A DNA stretch of 64,000 nucleotides from the NCBI GenBank assembly GCA_964508305.1, contig CAZDSX010000002.1, forward strand, positions 5,905 to 69,904, read 5' to 3'. The notes beneath the pieces are model-generated. The model saw nothing but the letters and a program-made list of their open reading frames with translations. It was not told where the DNA came from and ran no database searches. This document shows, piece after piece, positions 16,859 through 26,378 of this stretch. The DNA is from an uncultured Bacteriovorax sp. (lineage in GTDB: Bacteria > Bdellovibrionota > UBA1018). Numbering within the stretch: position 1 is the first letter of the stretch; every line of letters begins with the position of its first letter. Position numbers and translations under genes: made by a program.

Positions 16859-17371
16859 ATGAAAAGCGCGATTTTTGCCCTCGTGATGATGCTCGCCCCG
16901 CCCGCACTGGCTGCCCCGCCCGAATGGGCACTCAGGATGGAGGGCAAGTGGACAGGACAGGGAGAAAGGATCGATGCGCAGGGTAATCGCACGGTGATCG
17001 AGGCCGCGGCCGAGAGCCACTGGTCGGGCGCATTGATCTCGAAGAACCACTTTGATGAGACCGTTTACTCTGCCGGCGGAACGCCCCTGCGCAAGCGCTC
17101 TTATGACCGGGTTTACTGGATTTCGGAGCAGGCGGACGGAACGCTGATGCTGGGCTACGGTGAAACTCCGGGAGAAAAGGCTTCTTCGAGAGGTGCCTAT
17201 GATCCATCCACCGGGATCATGCGCTCGGAGCAGGTGATCGGCGGTGCGATGCGCGTGAGCGTCACCACGGATCTTTCCGTGGACGGCCGTTCCGAGTATT
17301 TTGAGCAGATTTACATGGGCGATTCGCTCCATTCCGAAGCCCGCATCAGCTACTCCCGCCACTCCGAGTGA
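16859..17371 (+). CDS. Hypothetical secreted protein
   Basis: Signal peptide MKSAIFALVMMLAPPALAAPPEW. Start is the internal Met of ORF 16811..17371. Divergent from the lipoprotein gene. Confidence 0.5.
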   Translation: MKSAIFALVMMLAPPALAAPPEWALRMEGKWTGQGERIDAQGNRTVIEAAAESHWSGALISKNHFDETVYSAGGTPLRKRSYDRVYWISEQADGTLMLGYGETPGEKASSRGAYDPSTGIMRSEQVIGGAMRVSVTTDLSVDGRSEYFEQIYMGDSLHSEARISYSRHSE

Positions 17372-17523
17372 CGGTTTTTTGGCGGATCTGCGACCTCGCA
17401 CCGGCCAACAAGTTGCGTTAGAATCAAGCGGTGCGTTCCACCTCGAAATCAAAAGCAAAAGCGGCGATTCCGCTTTCGCCAGTTTGGTACCAGCCCGAAG
17501 CCGTTGCGGGTTCGGCCGTCCGC

Positions 17524-17790
17524 CATGTGGCGGCGCTCTGTTCCGGTGTGCGGGGCGTGGAGCTGAGGTGCGTCCGACTCAAGGGTTTTAAGGAAAAGAC
17601 GCTTGCCCTGGGGAGCTGCGGGACGCGATCCGCGAAGTCGGCGGTGAAGATCCCCGTGTTCGAGGCGGGCGGCATCAGGGTCGCCGAGTTCAGGCTGTAT
17701 TTTTGGCCGGGCCGCAAGCTCGAGACCGAACAGGAAGTTCAAGTGCGCCGCGTGGCGCAGGAGCTGGGGGAACGATGGCCTCGCGTGTGA
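17524..17790 (+). CDS. Possible small hypothetical protein (~88 aa, GTG start)
   Basis: Within ORF 17431..17790 only the portion from ~17520 onward has the high GC3 typical of coding sequence here. Overlaps the next gene's start by 16 nt. Confidence 0.25.
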   Translation, partial: HVAALCSGVRGVELRCVRLKGFKEKTLALGSCGTRSAKSAVKIPVFEAGGIRVAEFRLYFWPGRKLETEQEVQVRRVAQELGERWPRV

Positions 17791-18332
17791 AGAAGCCCGA
17801 GAGCACGACGCTCGATGATCTTGTTTTTTCGACTCCGGAGCAGAAGCTCATGAAGCTCCTCCTGGTCGAGTCCACCACCGTGTTTCCGCTCAGGCAGCTT
17901 GCCAATCGACTCAAGGGAGTGCGCGGCGTGGGCGGGCCCGAGGGCCTCAAGCAGATGCTGCAAAAGCTGACGGCTGCCGGGCTGGTGGATTGGGTCGACC
18001 ATGATCGCGCCATTCGCCTCCGCGATGACGAAGGCCGTGTCGAGATGCTCAAGGTGGTCGCCACCGTATGCGAGCTTGAGACGCTCCGGCTTTCGCTTGA
18101 GCCGATCTGTTCGAGGGGTTTCCTCATCGGTGCGCGCGCCGAGGGTCGCGGATCAACCGACTCCGACTACGAAGTCGCGATCGTCACCGACCAGCAGGAC
18201 GAAGCCGTCCGGATCGCCCGCGGCCATCCGCTGGGCAAGAAAATCAAAGTGAGCGTCCTGGATTCGGATGAATACCGCGATGAAATCCAGAAGCACTCGC
18301 GCTATGTGATCCTCTGGGGTTCATCGCTATGA
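17775..18332 (+). CDS. Hypothetical protein, possible winged-helix plus minimal nucleotidyltransferase-like fold (GS..DSDYEV)
   Basis: Start at MASRVKK inside ORF 17703..18332. Weak NTase-like G[SG]x9-13DxE pattern. Otherwise unrecognised. Confidence 0.45.
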   Translation: MASRVKKPESTTLDDLVFSTPEQKLMKLLLVESTTVFPLRQLANRLKGVRGVGGPEGLKQMLQKLTAAGLVDWVDHDRAIRLRDDEGRVEMLKVVATVCELETLRLSLEPICSRGFLIGARAEGRGSTDSDYEVAIVTDQQDEAVRIARGHPLGKKIKVSVLDSDEYRDEIQKHSRYVILWGSSL

Positions 18333-18835
18333 AGAAGAAGTACCAGATACTCGCGGCCTTTCCGGCAATCGTGCTCGTGCTCGACCAGATCACCAAGCAG
18401 CTGATCATTGACCGGTTCCACCTCGGGGAGTCCATCCCCGTCCTTCATGGATACTTCAGCATCACCTATGTCCGGAACACCGGCGCCGCGTTCGGATTCC
18501 TGGCCGCCTCCGATCCGTCGTTCCGGGTCCCTTTCTTCCTGCTGGTTCCCTCGATTGCCCTGGCCGTGATCGGCTACCTGTTTCGCAAGCTGCCGGATTC
18601 GGATCTCCGGACCGCCAGCGCGCTTGCGCTGGTCATGGGGGGGGCGCTCGGAAACCTGATCGACAGGATGCGTTTTGGTTACGTCGTGGACTTCCTGGAT
18701 TTCCACTGGCGCTACCAGGCGCACTTTCCGGCATTCAACGTGGCCGACTCGGCGATCTGCGTGGGCGTCGGTCTCCTGATGCTGGATCTGTTCAAGAAGG
18801 AAGAGGCTGACACCGATGTACCCGCTTCTGCTTAA
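18329..18835 (+). CDS. lspA: Lipoprotein signal peptidase (signal peptidase II)
   Basis: Conserved NTGAAFG and FNVADSAI motifs with four TM helices. Confidence 0.85.
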   Translation: MKKKYQILAAFPAIVLVLDQITKQLIIDRFHLGESIPVLHGYFSITYVRNTGAAFGFLAASDPSFRVPFFLLVPSIALAVIGYLFRKLPDSDLRTASALALVMGGALGNLIDRMRFGYVVDFLDFHWRYQAHFPAFNVADSAICVGVGLLMLDLFKKEEADTDVPASA

Positions 18836-19574
18836 GTTCGGCCCGATCTCGATCCATACCTACGGCCTCATGGTGGCCCTCGGTTTTTTTGCCGCCCTCT
18901 CGGTGGTGAGGAAGCTTGCGCCCGCCTCGGGCCTCGATCCCGAGCAGTCGGCTGACTCCGCATTCTGGCTCCTGGTGGTTGGCTTCATCGGGGCGCGCGC
19001 GCTGTTTGTCGCCACGCAGTTCGAGGACTTTGCCTCGGATCCTCTCTCGGTCTTCAAGATCTGGGAGGGGGGGCTCGTGTTCTTTGGGGGGCCGCTCGTG
19101 GCGATCCCCTGGAGCATCTGGTGGTTCCGCCGCAACAAGGTGTCCTTTTGGAAGTCGATCGACATTTACCTTCCCGCCCTCACGATCGCGCATGCGCTGG
19201 GGAGGCTGGGTTGCCTTGCTGCCGGCTGTTGCTATGGCAGGCCAACGGAGCTTCCCTGGGGAATCCACCTGCACTCTGATCTTGTCGAGCCCGCCCTGCG
19301 TGGGGTTTCACTCCATCCGGTCCAGCTTTATGAGTCGACCGCGCTGATCGTCTTTTTTGCGGGACTGGTGATGCTCCACAAGCGCCGCAAGTTCGATGGA
19401 CAGGTTGGCATCACTTATCTGCTCACCTACCCCTTCATCCGGAGCTTTATCGAGACCTTCCGAGGCGACAGTGTCCGTGGATTCGTGATCGACGGCGTGC
19501 TCTCGACCAGCCAGTTCATCTCGATCCTGTTTTTTGCCGCGGGCCTCTGGGCGCTCAAGGTGGTGAAGAAGTGA
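18816..19574 (+). CDS. lgt: Prolipoprotein diacylglyceryl transferase
   Basis: 252 aa with the Lgt signature region (..GRLGCLAAGCCYGRPT..). Confidence 0.85.
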   Translation: MYPLLLKFGPISIHTYGLMVALGFFAALSVVRKLAPASGLDPEQSADSAFWLLVVGFIGARALFVATQFEDFASDPLSVFKIWEGGLVFFGGPLVAIPWSIWWFRRNKVSFWKSIDIYLPALTIAHALGRLGCLAAGCCYGRPTELPWGIHLHSDLVEPALRGVSLHPVQLYESTALIVFFAGLVMLHKRRKFDGQVGITYLLTYPFIRSFIETFRGDSVRGFVIDGVLSTSQFISILFFAAGLWALKVVKK

Positions 19575-20212
19575 ACGGCTCGCTCGTCATCCTGCTCCTT
19601 GCGCTCCTGGGCGGGTCGATTCCGTTCGGGCTCCTGATGGCGAGGCTGTTTGGTGGTGCCGACGTCCGCAATTCCGGCAGCGGCAATATCGGGGCGACCA
19701 ATGTCTCGAGGGTGGTCGGATTTTGGCCGGCCGGTTTCCTGACCCTGCTCCTGGACGCCCTCAAGGGCACCCTTGCCGTGGTGATGGCTTCGTCGTGGTT
19801 CGAGGGCCTGTGGTCGGGCTGGCTCGAGTTCCCCGCTTCGGGATGGGGAATCGATGATGAGCTCCTGCGGTGGACCGCGGGGCTCTTTGCAGTGCTGGGA
19901 CACTGCTACTCTCCATGGCTCAAGTTCAAGGGAGGCAAGGGCGTCGCAACCGGCCTTGGCGTACTGGCCGTTCTGTCACCCTGGTCCGCCCTGGTGGGAG
20001 CCGCAGGCTTCGTGCTCACCTTCCTTGCAACCAAGACGGGTTCGCTTTCGAGCCTCGCGGGCCTGCTCATTGCCTGCGTGACCCACGGGGTGCTTCCGAC
20101 TTCGGATGCAGGTGCACACCTCTGGTCGGGCGGACTCCTGATCTTTGTGATCCTCGCGCGCCACGAGAAGAACCTCGATGCCCTGCTTGAAGGCCGCGAA
20201 AACCGCTTCTAG
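19571..20212 (+). CDS. plsY: Glycerol-3-phosphate acyltransferase PlsY
   Basis: GSGNIGATN motif and ~200-aa membrane protein. Confidence 0.85.
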   Translation: MNGSLVILLLALLGGSIPFGLLMARLFGGADVRNSGSGNIGATNVSRVVGFWPAGFLTLLLDALKGTLAVVMASSWFEGLWSGWLEFPASGWGIDDELLRWTAGLFAVLGHCYSPWLKFKGGKGVATGLGVLAVLSPWSALVGAAGFVLTFLATKTGSLSSLAGLLIACVTHGVLPTSDAGAHLWSGGLLIFVILARHEKNLDALLEGRENRF

Positions 20213-21062
20213 CCTGATCCTCGCCTGCCTGCTGTTGGGGCTCGGCATGCCCGTGGCCTCCAGTGCATCCGAACGCCTGGTCCCGCTGACGCCCGCCCTG
20301 ACCGACATCCTCCTCGAACTCCTCCCTCAGTCGAGGCGAAGGGAGATCGTGGGTACGAGTGATTTTGCGAGGCTTCCACCCGGCCTGAAGCTTCCACGGG
20401 TGGCTTCAGCGAGCTCAGTGGATCTCGAAGGGCTGGCCAGGCTCTCGCCCACGCTCATATTGGATTCGCCGGGTGCCGTACATGCTTCCAAGCTCTCGGC
20501 GATGGGCCCGGTGCTCAAGCGTCGTGGGGCCCGGCTGGAGGTGATCCCGATCCAAAGCCTTCGGGACATCGCACAAGCGTACCGAAGGATGGGGGCGCTC
20601 GTGGGCGAGCCTTCGCGAGGCGAACAGCTTGCGGCCGAGTTTGAGTCCGGACTGGCCGCGCTTTCGGGTGCCCTATCCGGAATGGGGCGAGCTTTTTTCC
20701 AGATTGATGGCGAACCGCTGATGGCGGTTGGAGGCGGAAGCGACTTCCTGGTTGAGCTTCTGGAGAGGGTCGGGGTTTTGAATGTTTTTTCAAGGCTCGC
20801 CCAGCCTTATTCGGTCGTTTCAGAGGAGTCCGTCATGGCGGAGAATCCGGAGTGGATCGTGATCCTCGGGCTGTCATCGGAGCATCCGAAGTTTGCACGG
20901 ATGGCTCGACGATGGCGGGAGCGTCACCCCAGGATGAGGGCCGTCGCCTTAAAACGCGTCTGCGTGCTCGATGCAGATCGCCTGACTCGTCCCAGCCGAG
21001 TGATGCTTGAGGGCGCCCGGGATCTGATCAGGCTGTATCAGGGAAAATCTTGCCAGGATTGA
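20178..21062 (+). CDS. ABC transporter periplasmic binding protein, class III (BtuF/FecB-like)
   Basis: Signal peptide followed by a Peripla_BP_2-like sequence. Confidence 0.65.
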   Translation: MPCLKAAKTASSLILACLLLGLGMPVASSASERLVPLTPALTDILLELLPQSRRREIVGTSDFARLPPGLKLPRVASASSVDLEGLARLSPTLILDSPGAVHASKLSAMGPVLKRRGARLEVIPIQSLRDIAQAYRRMGALVGEPSRGEQLAAEFESGLAALSGALSGMGRAFFQIDGEPLMAVGGGSDFLVELLERVGVLNVFSRLAQPYSVVSEESVMAENPEWIVILGLSSEHPKFARMARRWRERHPRMRAVALKRVCVLDADRLTRPSRVMLEGARDLIRLYQGKSCQD

Positions 21063-22431
21063 GGAGTCCCTTCGGGTCAAAAGCCTGCTTGAGGCGCTTC
21101 ATCAGCGCGAGTTCCTCGGGCTTGAACGCGATCGGCATGTAGCGCTTTTGCGAAAAACCGATTCCGTGCTCGCCCGAGAGCGTTCCTCCGAGGCCGACCG
21201 TGTACTTGAAGATCTCCTCGATCGCGCCGTGGAGCTTGGAGTTCCAGGTCTCGTCATCGAGATCCATCTTGAGGATGTTGACGTGCAGGTTTCCGTCGCC
21301 TGCGTGCCCGTAGCAGATCGTGGTGAGGCCATGGCGACCGGCAATCTCCTTAACACCTTTGACGAGAGCCGGGAGCTGGTAGCGCGGGACCACGGTGTCC
21401 TCTTCCTTGTAGACGGAGAGCTTCTTGACCGCTTCTCCGGTGGCGCGCCGGATGCGCCAGACTTCCTTTTGTTTTTCGTCCGTGTCTGCAAGCACCACGT
21501 CGCGGGCTCCGTGCTCGAGCGCCACCTCGCAGATCTGGTCGCGCGCCTCCTCGAGTACGTCCACGCGGTTTCCGTCGACTTCAAGCAGCAGCAGTGCCTC
21601 GGCATCGCCGTAGGGAAGCTTCACTCCGAGTTGGTTCTCGCTGGCGCGGATGGCATCGCGCTCCATGAACTCGCAGGCCGAGGGGATGATGCCCCTCTGG
21701 AAAATGGCAGCCACCGTGCGAGCCGCCGCCTCCATGTCATCAAACGGCGCAAGCAGGGTCTGCCTGTGCTTGGGAAGGGGGATCAGCCGAAAAGTGATCT
21801 CCGTCACGACAGCAAGTGTCCCTTCGCTGCCGACCAGGAGCTGGGTCAGGTTGTATCCCGTGACATTCTTGAGGAGCTTGCCTCCGTGGCGGATGATCTC
21901 GCCATTGGGAAGCACGGCCTCGACTCCCATGACATAGTCCTTGGTCACGCCATATTTTACGGCCCTGGGCCCGCCCGAACACTCGGCGATGTTTCCACCC
22001 AGAAGCGAGCTTCCGCGTGAGGCGGGGTCGGGAGGATAGAACAGGCCCTTGGACTCAACTGCGTTTTGCATCACTTCGGTGATGACTCCCGGCTGGACGA
22101 CGACGCAGAGGTTCTGCTCGTCAATTTCGATGATCTTGTTCATGCGCTCAACCGAGAGCACGATCCCGCCGTGGACGGGGAGCGCGCCTCCCGAGAGTCC
22201 CGTTCCCGCGCCCCGTGGAGTGATGGGCACGCCATGTTCATCCGAAAGCCTGAGGATCGCGGAGACCTCGGCAGTGGTTTCAGGGAGCACGGCCACCTGG
22301 GGTTCGAAATACAGATCCTCCGTGTAATCCGAACCAAAGCGCCGGAGGGACTCACCGGGAAGGATCACGCGGTTCGGACCCAGGAGCGAGACGAGCGACT
22401 CGATCAACGACGCAGGAAGTGGCTTGGGCAT
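21028..22431 (-). CDS. FAD-linked oxidase, GlcD/D-lactate dehydrogenase family
   Basis: N-terminal FAD_binding_4 (PCMH) region and C-terminal FAD-oxidase_C region. 467 aa. Confidence 0.8.
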   Translation of the reverse strand: MPKPLPASLIESLVSLLGPNRVILPGESLRRFGSDYTEDLYFEPQVAVLPETTAEVSAILRLSDEHGVPITPRGAGTGLSGGALPVHGGIVLSVERMNKIIEIDEQNLCVVVQPGVITEVMQNAVESKGLFYPPDPASRGSSLLGGNIAECSGGPRAVKYGVTKDYVMGVEAVLPNGEIIRHGGKLLKNVTGYNLTQLLVGSEGTLAVVTEITFRLIPLPKHRQTLLAPFDDMEAAARTVAAIFQRGIIPSACEFMERDAIRASENQLGVKLPYGDAEALLLLEVDGNRVDVLEEARDQICEVALEHGARDVVLADTDEKQKEVWRIRRATGEAVKKLSVYKEEDTVVPRYQLPALVKGVKEIAGRHGLTTICYGHAGDGNLHVNILKMDLDDETWNSKLHGAIEEIFKYTVGLGGTLSGEHGIGFSQKRYMPIAFKPEELALMKRLKQAFDPKGLLNPGKIFPDTA

Positions 22432-22484
22432 GCAGCCACTTTACTGCTTGCCCAAAAGGAGGGTCCAATCCATTTTGTGGATGA

Positions 22485-23420
22485 ATGAAGGCCGTCCTCA
22501 CCCTCATGCTGCTCATCGTCGTGGCGCTCCTGGCTTCGCTCCTCCTGGGCGACCTCAGGCCTGGTGAGGTCGATCTGGAAACGCTCTGGCTGCTTCGTGG
22601 CCCGAGGGCCCTGCTGGCGCTGGGCGTGGGGGGAATCCTTGCCGTTTCTGGAGTGCTGCTCCAGGCGCTTTTTTCAAACCCGATTTGTGAGCCCTACACG
22701 CTGGGCATCTCCTCCGGAGCTGCATTGGGAGGGGTCCTGCTTGCCGCTCTTGGAATCCACGGGGTGGTCGAGGGGATCGCCCTGGGTCCGTTGGCAGGGG
22801 CGCTGGGCTTTTCGCTTCCCCTCTGGCTGCTCTCGCGGCGGGCGATCATGGGTTCATCCTCCCTGCTCCTTGCGGGGGTGCTGCTCGGTTTTTTTGGATC
22901 CAGTCTCGTCGCGCTGGTCATGGCCTTGAGTCCCTCAGGGGGAGTCACGCAGGCACTGGTCTGGCTGCTGGGTGACCTGACCCGGGCCTCGTCGACGGGA
23001 GCCCTCGCTTCGCTGGGAGTGGGAGTGGTGCTGACGGCGTGGATCTGGCGCCGACATCCCGAACTCGACACCCTCCTGCTTGGGGAGCGCTCAGCCCGCT
23101 CGGTGGGCGTGTCAGTCGACGCGCTCCGGGGTGAGTTGCTGGTGGTGTCGGCTCTTTTGGTGGCCTGGGCGGTTTCGCTCTCCGGGATGATTGGTTTTGT
23201 GGGTCTCATGGTTCCTCACGCCGTGAGGAGCTGGCAGGGAGCATCGCATCGCAAGGTGCTCCCGCTGTCCTTCCTGATGGGAGGATTGGCGCTCATTCTC
23301 GCGGACCTTGCCGGGAGGCTTTTATTTTCACCCCGTGAAGTTCCGGTCGGAGTGCTGACGGCGCTGGTGGGCGTGCCCGCTTACGGGGCCTGGGCACTGA
23401 GAGGGCTTCGCCGTGCTTGA
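22485..23420 (+). CDS. FecCD/BtuC-family ABC transporter permease
   Basis: 311 aa, about nine TM helices, FecCD family pattern. Confidence 0.8.
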   Translation: MKAVLTLMLLIVVALLASLLLGDLRPGEVDLETLWLLRGPRALLALGVGGILAVSGVLLQALFSNPICEPYTLGISSGAALGGVLLAALGIHGVVEGIALGPLAGALGFSLPLWLLSRRAIMGSSSLLLAGVLLGFFGSSLVALVMALSPSGGVTQALVWLLGDLTRASSTGALASLGVGVVLTAWIWRRHPELDTLLLGERSARSVGVSVDALRGELLVVSALLVAWAVSLSGMIGFVGLMVPHAVRSWQGASHRKVLPLSFLMGGLALILADLAGRLLFSPREVPVGVLTALVGVPAYGAWALRGLRRA

Positions 23421-24135
23421 ACTCAAGAAGGTATCCTGGTGCCAGGATCGCGGCCCACTGGTTTCCGGCGTGGATCTCGTGATTCGGCCGGGGGAGTGGG
23501 TGACGCTCATGGGTCCCAACGGAGCAGGGAAGTCCACTCTGTTGCAGATCGCCTCGGGCGTCCTGGGCTTTGATCGGCGCTCATTTGCGGGAACGATCCT
23601 GTGGAACGGGCAGGACTGGAGGCAGTTCACTCCTGCCCGTCGTGCCTCACAGGTAGCCTACCTGGGCTCGGATCTGGATTCTGTTTTTCCGGTGACCGTT
23701 GCGGAGGTCCTCGGGTCGGGTGTGATCGCTTCGGGTGATTGCACGAGGATCGATGGTGCCTCCAGGTTCTTTGATCTTTCTCAGCTCATGGACCGGGAGC
23801 TCAACACATTGAGCGGAGGCGAAAGGCAGCGCGTCCTGCTCGCAAGGGCCTGGGTGCAGGGGGCAAGGGTCCTGTTCCTTGACGAGACGCTCTCCAAGAT
23901 GGACCTCGACTACCAGGTCACGCTCGGGGATCGCCTCAAGGCGCTGACGGCAGAGGGCTACTCAGTGGTCCTGGTCTCGCACGACTCCCAGCTCTCGGTC
24001 AGGCACGCTGACAGGATCCTGCTCATGCAGTCGGGGCGAGTGCTTGCCGACGGAAAGCCCGGCGATGTGCTCACCGAATCGCTGCTCTCTCAAGTGTATC
24101 CGCGGGCCAGCCTCGGCGGATTCTTCAGCAGGTGA
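23413..24135 (+). CDS. ABC transporter ATP-binding protein (FecE/BtuD-like)
   Basis: Walker A GPNGAGKS, signature LSGGERQRV, Walker B LFLDE. Confidence 0.85.
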   Translation: MLELKKVSWCQDRGPLVSGVDLVIRPGEWVTLMGPNGAGKSTLLQIASGVLGFDRRSFAGTILWNGQDWRQFTPARRASQVAYLGSDLDSVFPVTVAEVLGSGVIASGDCTRIDGASRFFDLSQLMDRELNTLSGGERQRVLLARAWVQGARVLFLDETLSKMDLDYQVTLGDRLKALTAEGYSVVLVSHDSQLSVRHADRILLMQSGRVLADGKPGDVLTESLLSQVYPRASLGGFFSR

Positions 24136-25023
24136 TCAGAAGTAGAAGGTCGCGCCGCTCGTGTGGGTGACCTGGTCGACGGGCAGGAGTATGTGCTCGA
24201 CTGCAAAATCGAACGACAGTTTTGGCCCGACCCATCCCATTCCGTAGGCCACGCCATTGGCCTTTGAGCGGATCTCGCTCAGGGTGGAGTTCTTGAACAT
24301 TCCTGCACGGAAATAGACGTCCTTGAAAACCTCGAACTCGCCGCCGACTTCATAGCCCGACATCACGCGGCCTGCGCCTCCGGTGATCGCGGTCGCCGAA
24401 GCGCGGAGCGAGTCGCCGAGCTTGAAATGAGGGTCGGCGTACACGAAGACTTTTTCGGCAAGCTTGAAGCGCGAGCCGAGGATCAGTTCGCGCTCCATTC
24501 CGAGCGCAGCCATCTCCGGAGTCCGATCGAGATTTTCCGCCACTGCAGCAATCTGGAGCCAGGGAAGCGGGACATAAGTGGCAGAGACCGTGAAGTCGCG
24601 GAAGTTTTGGAGTTTGGATTTGTCCTTGGAAAAGTAAAGCTTGGCTCCGGCGCCAACCGTGAGCTTGGAGTCGATCTTGCGCGAGGCCACCAGGTGGGCC
24701 GCAGTGAAGGGGTCTCGGATCTGGTAGGCAAGCCCCGCCTGGAAGAGCTCGGAGCGTCCATCCAGCACTGAAACGTTGTAGGCGCGCCCACGGCCTTCGC
24801 CCAGGGCTTTGAAGTTTGCCGACCAGCTGTAGACCGGCAGGAAGGAGGCAAACGATGGGTTCAGGTAGATCGCGTCGTTGAGAATGGGGTTCGCCCGGCC
24901 GGCTCCACCCAGTGCCGAGGTCCTCGGAGTCCTGAAATCCGCCCCGGCCAGGGGGCCAGCCAGAAGGAGTCCGGCGACAAGTAAGGCGCTGTATTTATTG
25001 GGCTTAATGGATTTTAGCTGCAC
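24136..25023 (-). CDS. Outer-membrane beta-barrel protein (hypothetical)
   Basis: Signal peptide (KYSALLVAGLLLAGPLAGA), alternating amphipathic strands, C-terminal ...GATFYF. Probable GTG start at 25023, internal to ORF 24136..25098. Confidence 0.55.
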   Translation of the reverse strand: MQLKSIKPNKYSALLVAGLLLAGPLAGADFRTPRTSALGGAGRANPILNDAIYLNPSFASFLPVYSWSANFKALGEGRGRAYNVSVLDGRSELFQAGLAYQIRDPFTAAHLVASRKIDSKLTVGAGAKLYFSKDKSKLQNFRDFTVSATYVPLPWLQIAAVAENLDRTPEMAALGMERELILGSRFKLAEKVFVYADPHFKLGDSLRASATAITGGAGRVMSGYEVGGEFEVFKDVYFRAGMFKNSTLSEIRSKANGVAYGMGWVGPKLSFDFAVEHILLPVDQVTHTSGATFYF

Positions 25024-25091
25024 TGTGTTTACCTGCTGCGTCACAAAGGTCTTTACATCCGTAATGCGGTGTTCTAACTCTCCCGCCCCGT

Positions 25092-25466
25092 ATGGCATTA
25101 CGCAAGGAAAAGCTGGCTCGTCTGAAAAAGGAACTCTCTCATCGCCGCGAAACGCTGGCTGTGGGACTTCGCCGCTCCACCGAAGAGTGGATCGACAGCG
25201 AAGACCTCATCCAGGCTGACTCGGTCGACCAGGCTTCGGCCGACACGGACCGCGGAATCGCAGTCCAGATGCGCAACCGTGACCGCTCGGTACTCCGGCA
25301 GATCGATGAGGCGCTTCGTCGGATCGAGAGCGGGCAGTTTGGCGAGTGCGTCGACTGCGGCGACGAGATCCAGGAAGCACGCCTGGTCGCGAATCCCAGC
25401 TCCACGCTTTGCATCATCTGCCAGTCGGAGCTCGAATCCGAAAATCAGCGCTTCACCGCACGCTGA
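25092..25466 (+). CDS. DksA/TraR-family C4-type zinc-finger protein
   Basis: CVDCGDEI...CIICQ four-Cys zinc finger at the C-terminus and an N-terminal coiled-coil region. Confidence 0.75.
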   Translation: MALRKEKLARLKKELSHRRETLAVGLRRSTEEWIDSEDLIQADSVDQASADTDRGIAVQMRNRDRSVLRQIDEALRRIESGQFGECVDCGDEIQEARLVANPSSTLCIICQSELESENQRFTAR

Positions 25467-25487
25467 TTGCCCGTTAGGTTGGGCTCC

Positions 25488-26363
25488 GTGAAAACGAAGG
25501 CCAAAGTGCGTACCGCCGTGATCCCTGCCGCAGGGCTCGGGACTCGTTTTCTTCCGGCCACCAAGGCGGTCCCCAAGGAGATGCTTCCGATCATCGACGT
25601 CCCGATGATCCAGCATATCGTTGAAGAGGCCGTAAACAGCGGCGTGGAGCGCGTGGTGCTGGTCACCGCCCGCCACAAGGAAGCGATCGAAAACCACTTC
25701 GACCACAACTACGAACTCGAGCACACGCTCCTGGAAAAACAGAAGCAGGCCCTTGCCGATGTCTCCAGGCGGATTGCCTCGCTTTGCGAGGTGATCTCCA
25801 TCCGCCAAAAAAATCCGCGCGGACTGGGGCATGCCGTGCTTTGTGCCGAGCCGGTCGTTGGCCGTGAGCCATTTGCCGTCCTTCTGGGCGACGACCTGAT
25901 CGACTCAGAAGTGCCCTGCACCCGACAGCTGATCGAGATCGCCGAGCAGGAGTCCGCCTCCTGTGTCGCCGTGATGGAAGTGCCGCGCTCCGAGGTCCAC
26001 AAGTATGGCATCGTCGCGGGCAGGCCGCTCCGCGACAGGCTCTGGGAGGTCAGTGAGCTGGTTGAAAAACCCTCCGTGGAGAAGGCCCCCTCCCAGCTGG
26101 CCATTCCCGGCCGCTATGTGCTCTCTCCTGCCATTTTTGACTGCATCCGGGAGACCCGTCCCGGGGCCGGGGGTGAGATCCAGTTGACCGATGCACTCCA
26201 GATTCTGGCCCGGAAGGAAAAGCTCCTGGCCCATGCCTACTCCGGGACCCGCTATGACACGGGAGACCGCCTGGGCTACATCGACGCCACGATCGCATTT
26301 GCGCTCAAGCGCCCGGAACTTCGTTCCGGAGTGATGGAGCTCCTTCAAAAACACCTCAAATAA
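25488..26363 (+). CDS. galU: UTP--glucose-1-phosphate uridylyltransferase
   Basis: VIPAAGLGTRFLPATKAVPKEMLP N-terminal motif. Probable GTG start at 25488 within ORF 25467..26363. Confidence 0.85.
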   Translation: MKTKAKVRTAVIPAAGLGTRFLPATKAVPKEMLPIIDVPMIQHIVEEAVNSGVERVVLVTARHKEAIENHFDHNYELEHTLLEKQKQALADVSRRIASLCEVISIRQKNPRGLGHAVLCAEPVVGREPFAVLLGDDLIDSEVPCTRQLIEIAEQESASCVAVMEVPRSEVHKYGIVAGRPLRDRLWEVSELVEKPSVEKAPSQLAIPGRYVLSPAIFDCIRETRPGAGGEIQLTDALQILARKEKLLAHAYSGTRYDTGDRLGYIDATIAFALKRPELRSGVMELLQKHLK

Positions 26364-26378
26364 GGCGACACTGGGAGC

